Source: Lytechinus pictus | Lineage: Eukaryota | Length of the DNA: 64,000 nucleotides | Assembly: GCF_037042905.1 (NCBI RefSeq) | Contig: NC_087250.1 | Location: 23,934,001 to 23,998,000 of the forward strand | Direction: 5' to 3' | The notes under the pieces: model-generated | Told to the model about the DNA's origin: nothing | The model's database searches: none | The model's input: the letters and a program-made list of their open reading frames with translations, nothing else | Part shown: piece by piece, positions 62,561 through 64,000 of the stretch | Layout of the letters: each line of letters starts with the position of its first letter | Numbering within the stretch: position 1 is the stretch's first letter | Made by a program: the position numbers and the translations under genes

Positions 62561-64000
62561 CAACATACAGTAAAATCATTGCTGTTGATCATAATGTAAA
62601 TCGTGATGATAAAATCAAGCACGTATTCCCAACGCTGTGTTCCCAGAACATCAATAAATATTTACAATAAAAATATTGTTCATGTAAAATCTAGTCAGCT
62701 AAATCATGTAATCAGGATTAGAAAAAGAATTCTTTATAATTCAGCCATTGTAATGAAAATTGTGAAAATTATTACTCAAAACAGCAAATTAGCAAAAGTC
62801 TGAATTCAGATCGGATGTGGAATGACTCCGACTAAATCATAACATATATATAAGACGTGTATAAAAATTTAGTTTTTATTTAGATCGAAAGTTAAAACCA
62901 TAAAATACCCGTACAATATTGAATGGGAAGCAAAATAAGGTCACTTAATGAAAAACTATAGGTACATACAGTAATGTTACAAGGTAAATAGTAGAAAGAA
63001 TAGCCTTCTTGCATACTTGTGTTGGCTGTTGACAACAAGGTCACTTTATATTGTACCATGTATATAGATGTAGGAACACAATACACTTCACTATACCTCC
63101 ACATACAAGCGAGAGTTAATGAGTAAGGTACACTGTTATATTATTGCAGACACGTTCAGCCGCGGCCAATTATGCTTGACTTTCACTGATACGAAGATAA
63201 TGAAAGCATGTATTCAATGTACCATAACCATTGGCCAGACACAGCACAGTCTCGCCACAAAATTATTGGCGCTGATCATGACTTTGTATGGTATGCGCAT
63301 GTACACGAATTATTTGAACAAAATAGGCCCTATAATGTTATCCTGTGTGACTACTCATTTGGTGTTTTACTTTAACCTGAACTGCTATTGATATTGTTAT
63401 TAAATTCTATGATTTTGTAACGTGCAGCGTACGAATCTAGAGAACAAAATAGGCCCTATCAAGTTATCCTGGGTGACACCATTCATTGTTTTTACTTTGA
63501 ACTATAACATGTATACACATGATGTGATCTACACAACCAATTCATTGATCAACATCAACATCAACTTCGCCTAGCGTATGAGTTTAATAAATGATATTAA
63601 ACATTTTGATGGAATCTATACATTCTTTTCAGCATCATGCATAATAAAAAAGTGCATAATACCCGATGATGTTTGATACACAATTATCTACGCGTGTACT
63701 CATGAATAATGCAATTAGGGCCCCGTATCACAAGAGTTGCTATATATATATATTAAAAATAAACTCAAATTGAGAGTGATGCATTCTCTTTATAACCGGA
63801 TTATACAATTACCTTAGTCCCCCAGCATTGGATAAACAAAGCTTGGCACACTCGGCTTTCATTTATATTCATCTCTTACTTATTAGACTCAGTAGTTCTA
63901 TAGTATTGAGAAAGGGTGTAAATAGACTATAATGACAAATAAAACAACAACAACTAGCTAATTTGAGATCAAATTCAGTTTAAGTTGGAATCTCTAGTCT

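Noticed and set aside
63300..63505. ~125-bp diverged tandem duplication
   Set aside because: Real but with no further interpretable features.

Overview
AT-rich, intron-containing animal genomic DNA. The repeat families (TU/foldback-like 15-bp-repeat TIRs, tRNA-SINEs) suggest a sea urchin; this is inference. The + strand carries the last 21 coding exons (150..41355, about 829 aa, all GT-AG with consistent phases) of a kinesin-4 KIF27/KIF7-family gene, best matching KIF27; the motor domain lies upstream of the window. It also carries one large coding exon (57272..57764) for the S1-S4 region of a cyclic-nucleotide-binding-domain (CNG/HCN/CNGK-type) ion channel. The rest is dense, often nested transposon sequence. 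The main structure is the 20.1-kb intron 10825..30959, an ~200-bp intron inflated by one nested stack. A Helentron-type non-autonomous element was hit by a 1.25-kb TIR element (6-bp TSD) and by a 17.5-kb foldback/TU-like element (8-bp TSD ACTTGGAC), and the latter holds further Helentron-type elements, MITEs and a 5'-truncated LINE RT ORF. Other signals: nuclear-receptor DR1/DR4/IR1 arrays in the Helentron repeats; local duplications of exon ends at six exons (one forming an intact in-frame candidate cassette exon); GCGAAGC mini-hairpin arrays; a 23-bp minimal transposon; and a TA-NNNN-TA palindrome cluster. All coordinates were read by eye; repeat edges are approximate unless a TSD is quoted.
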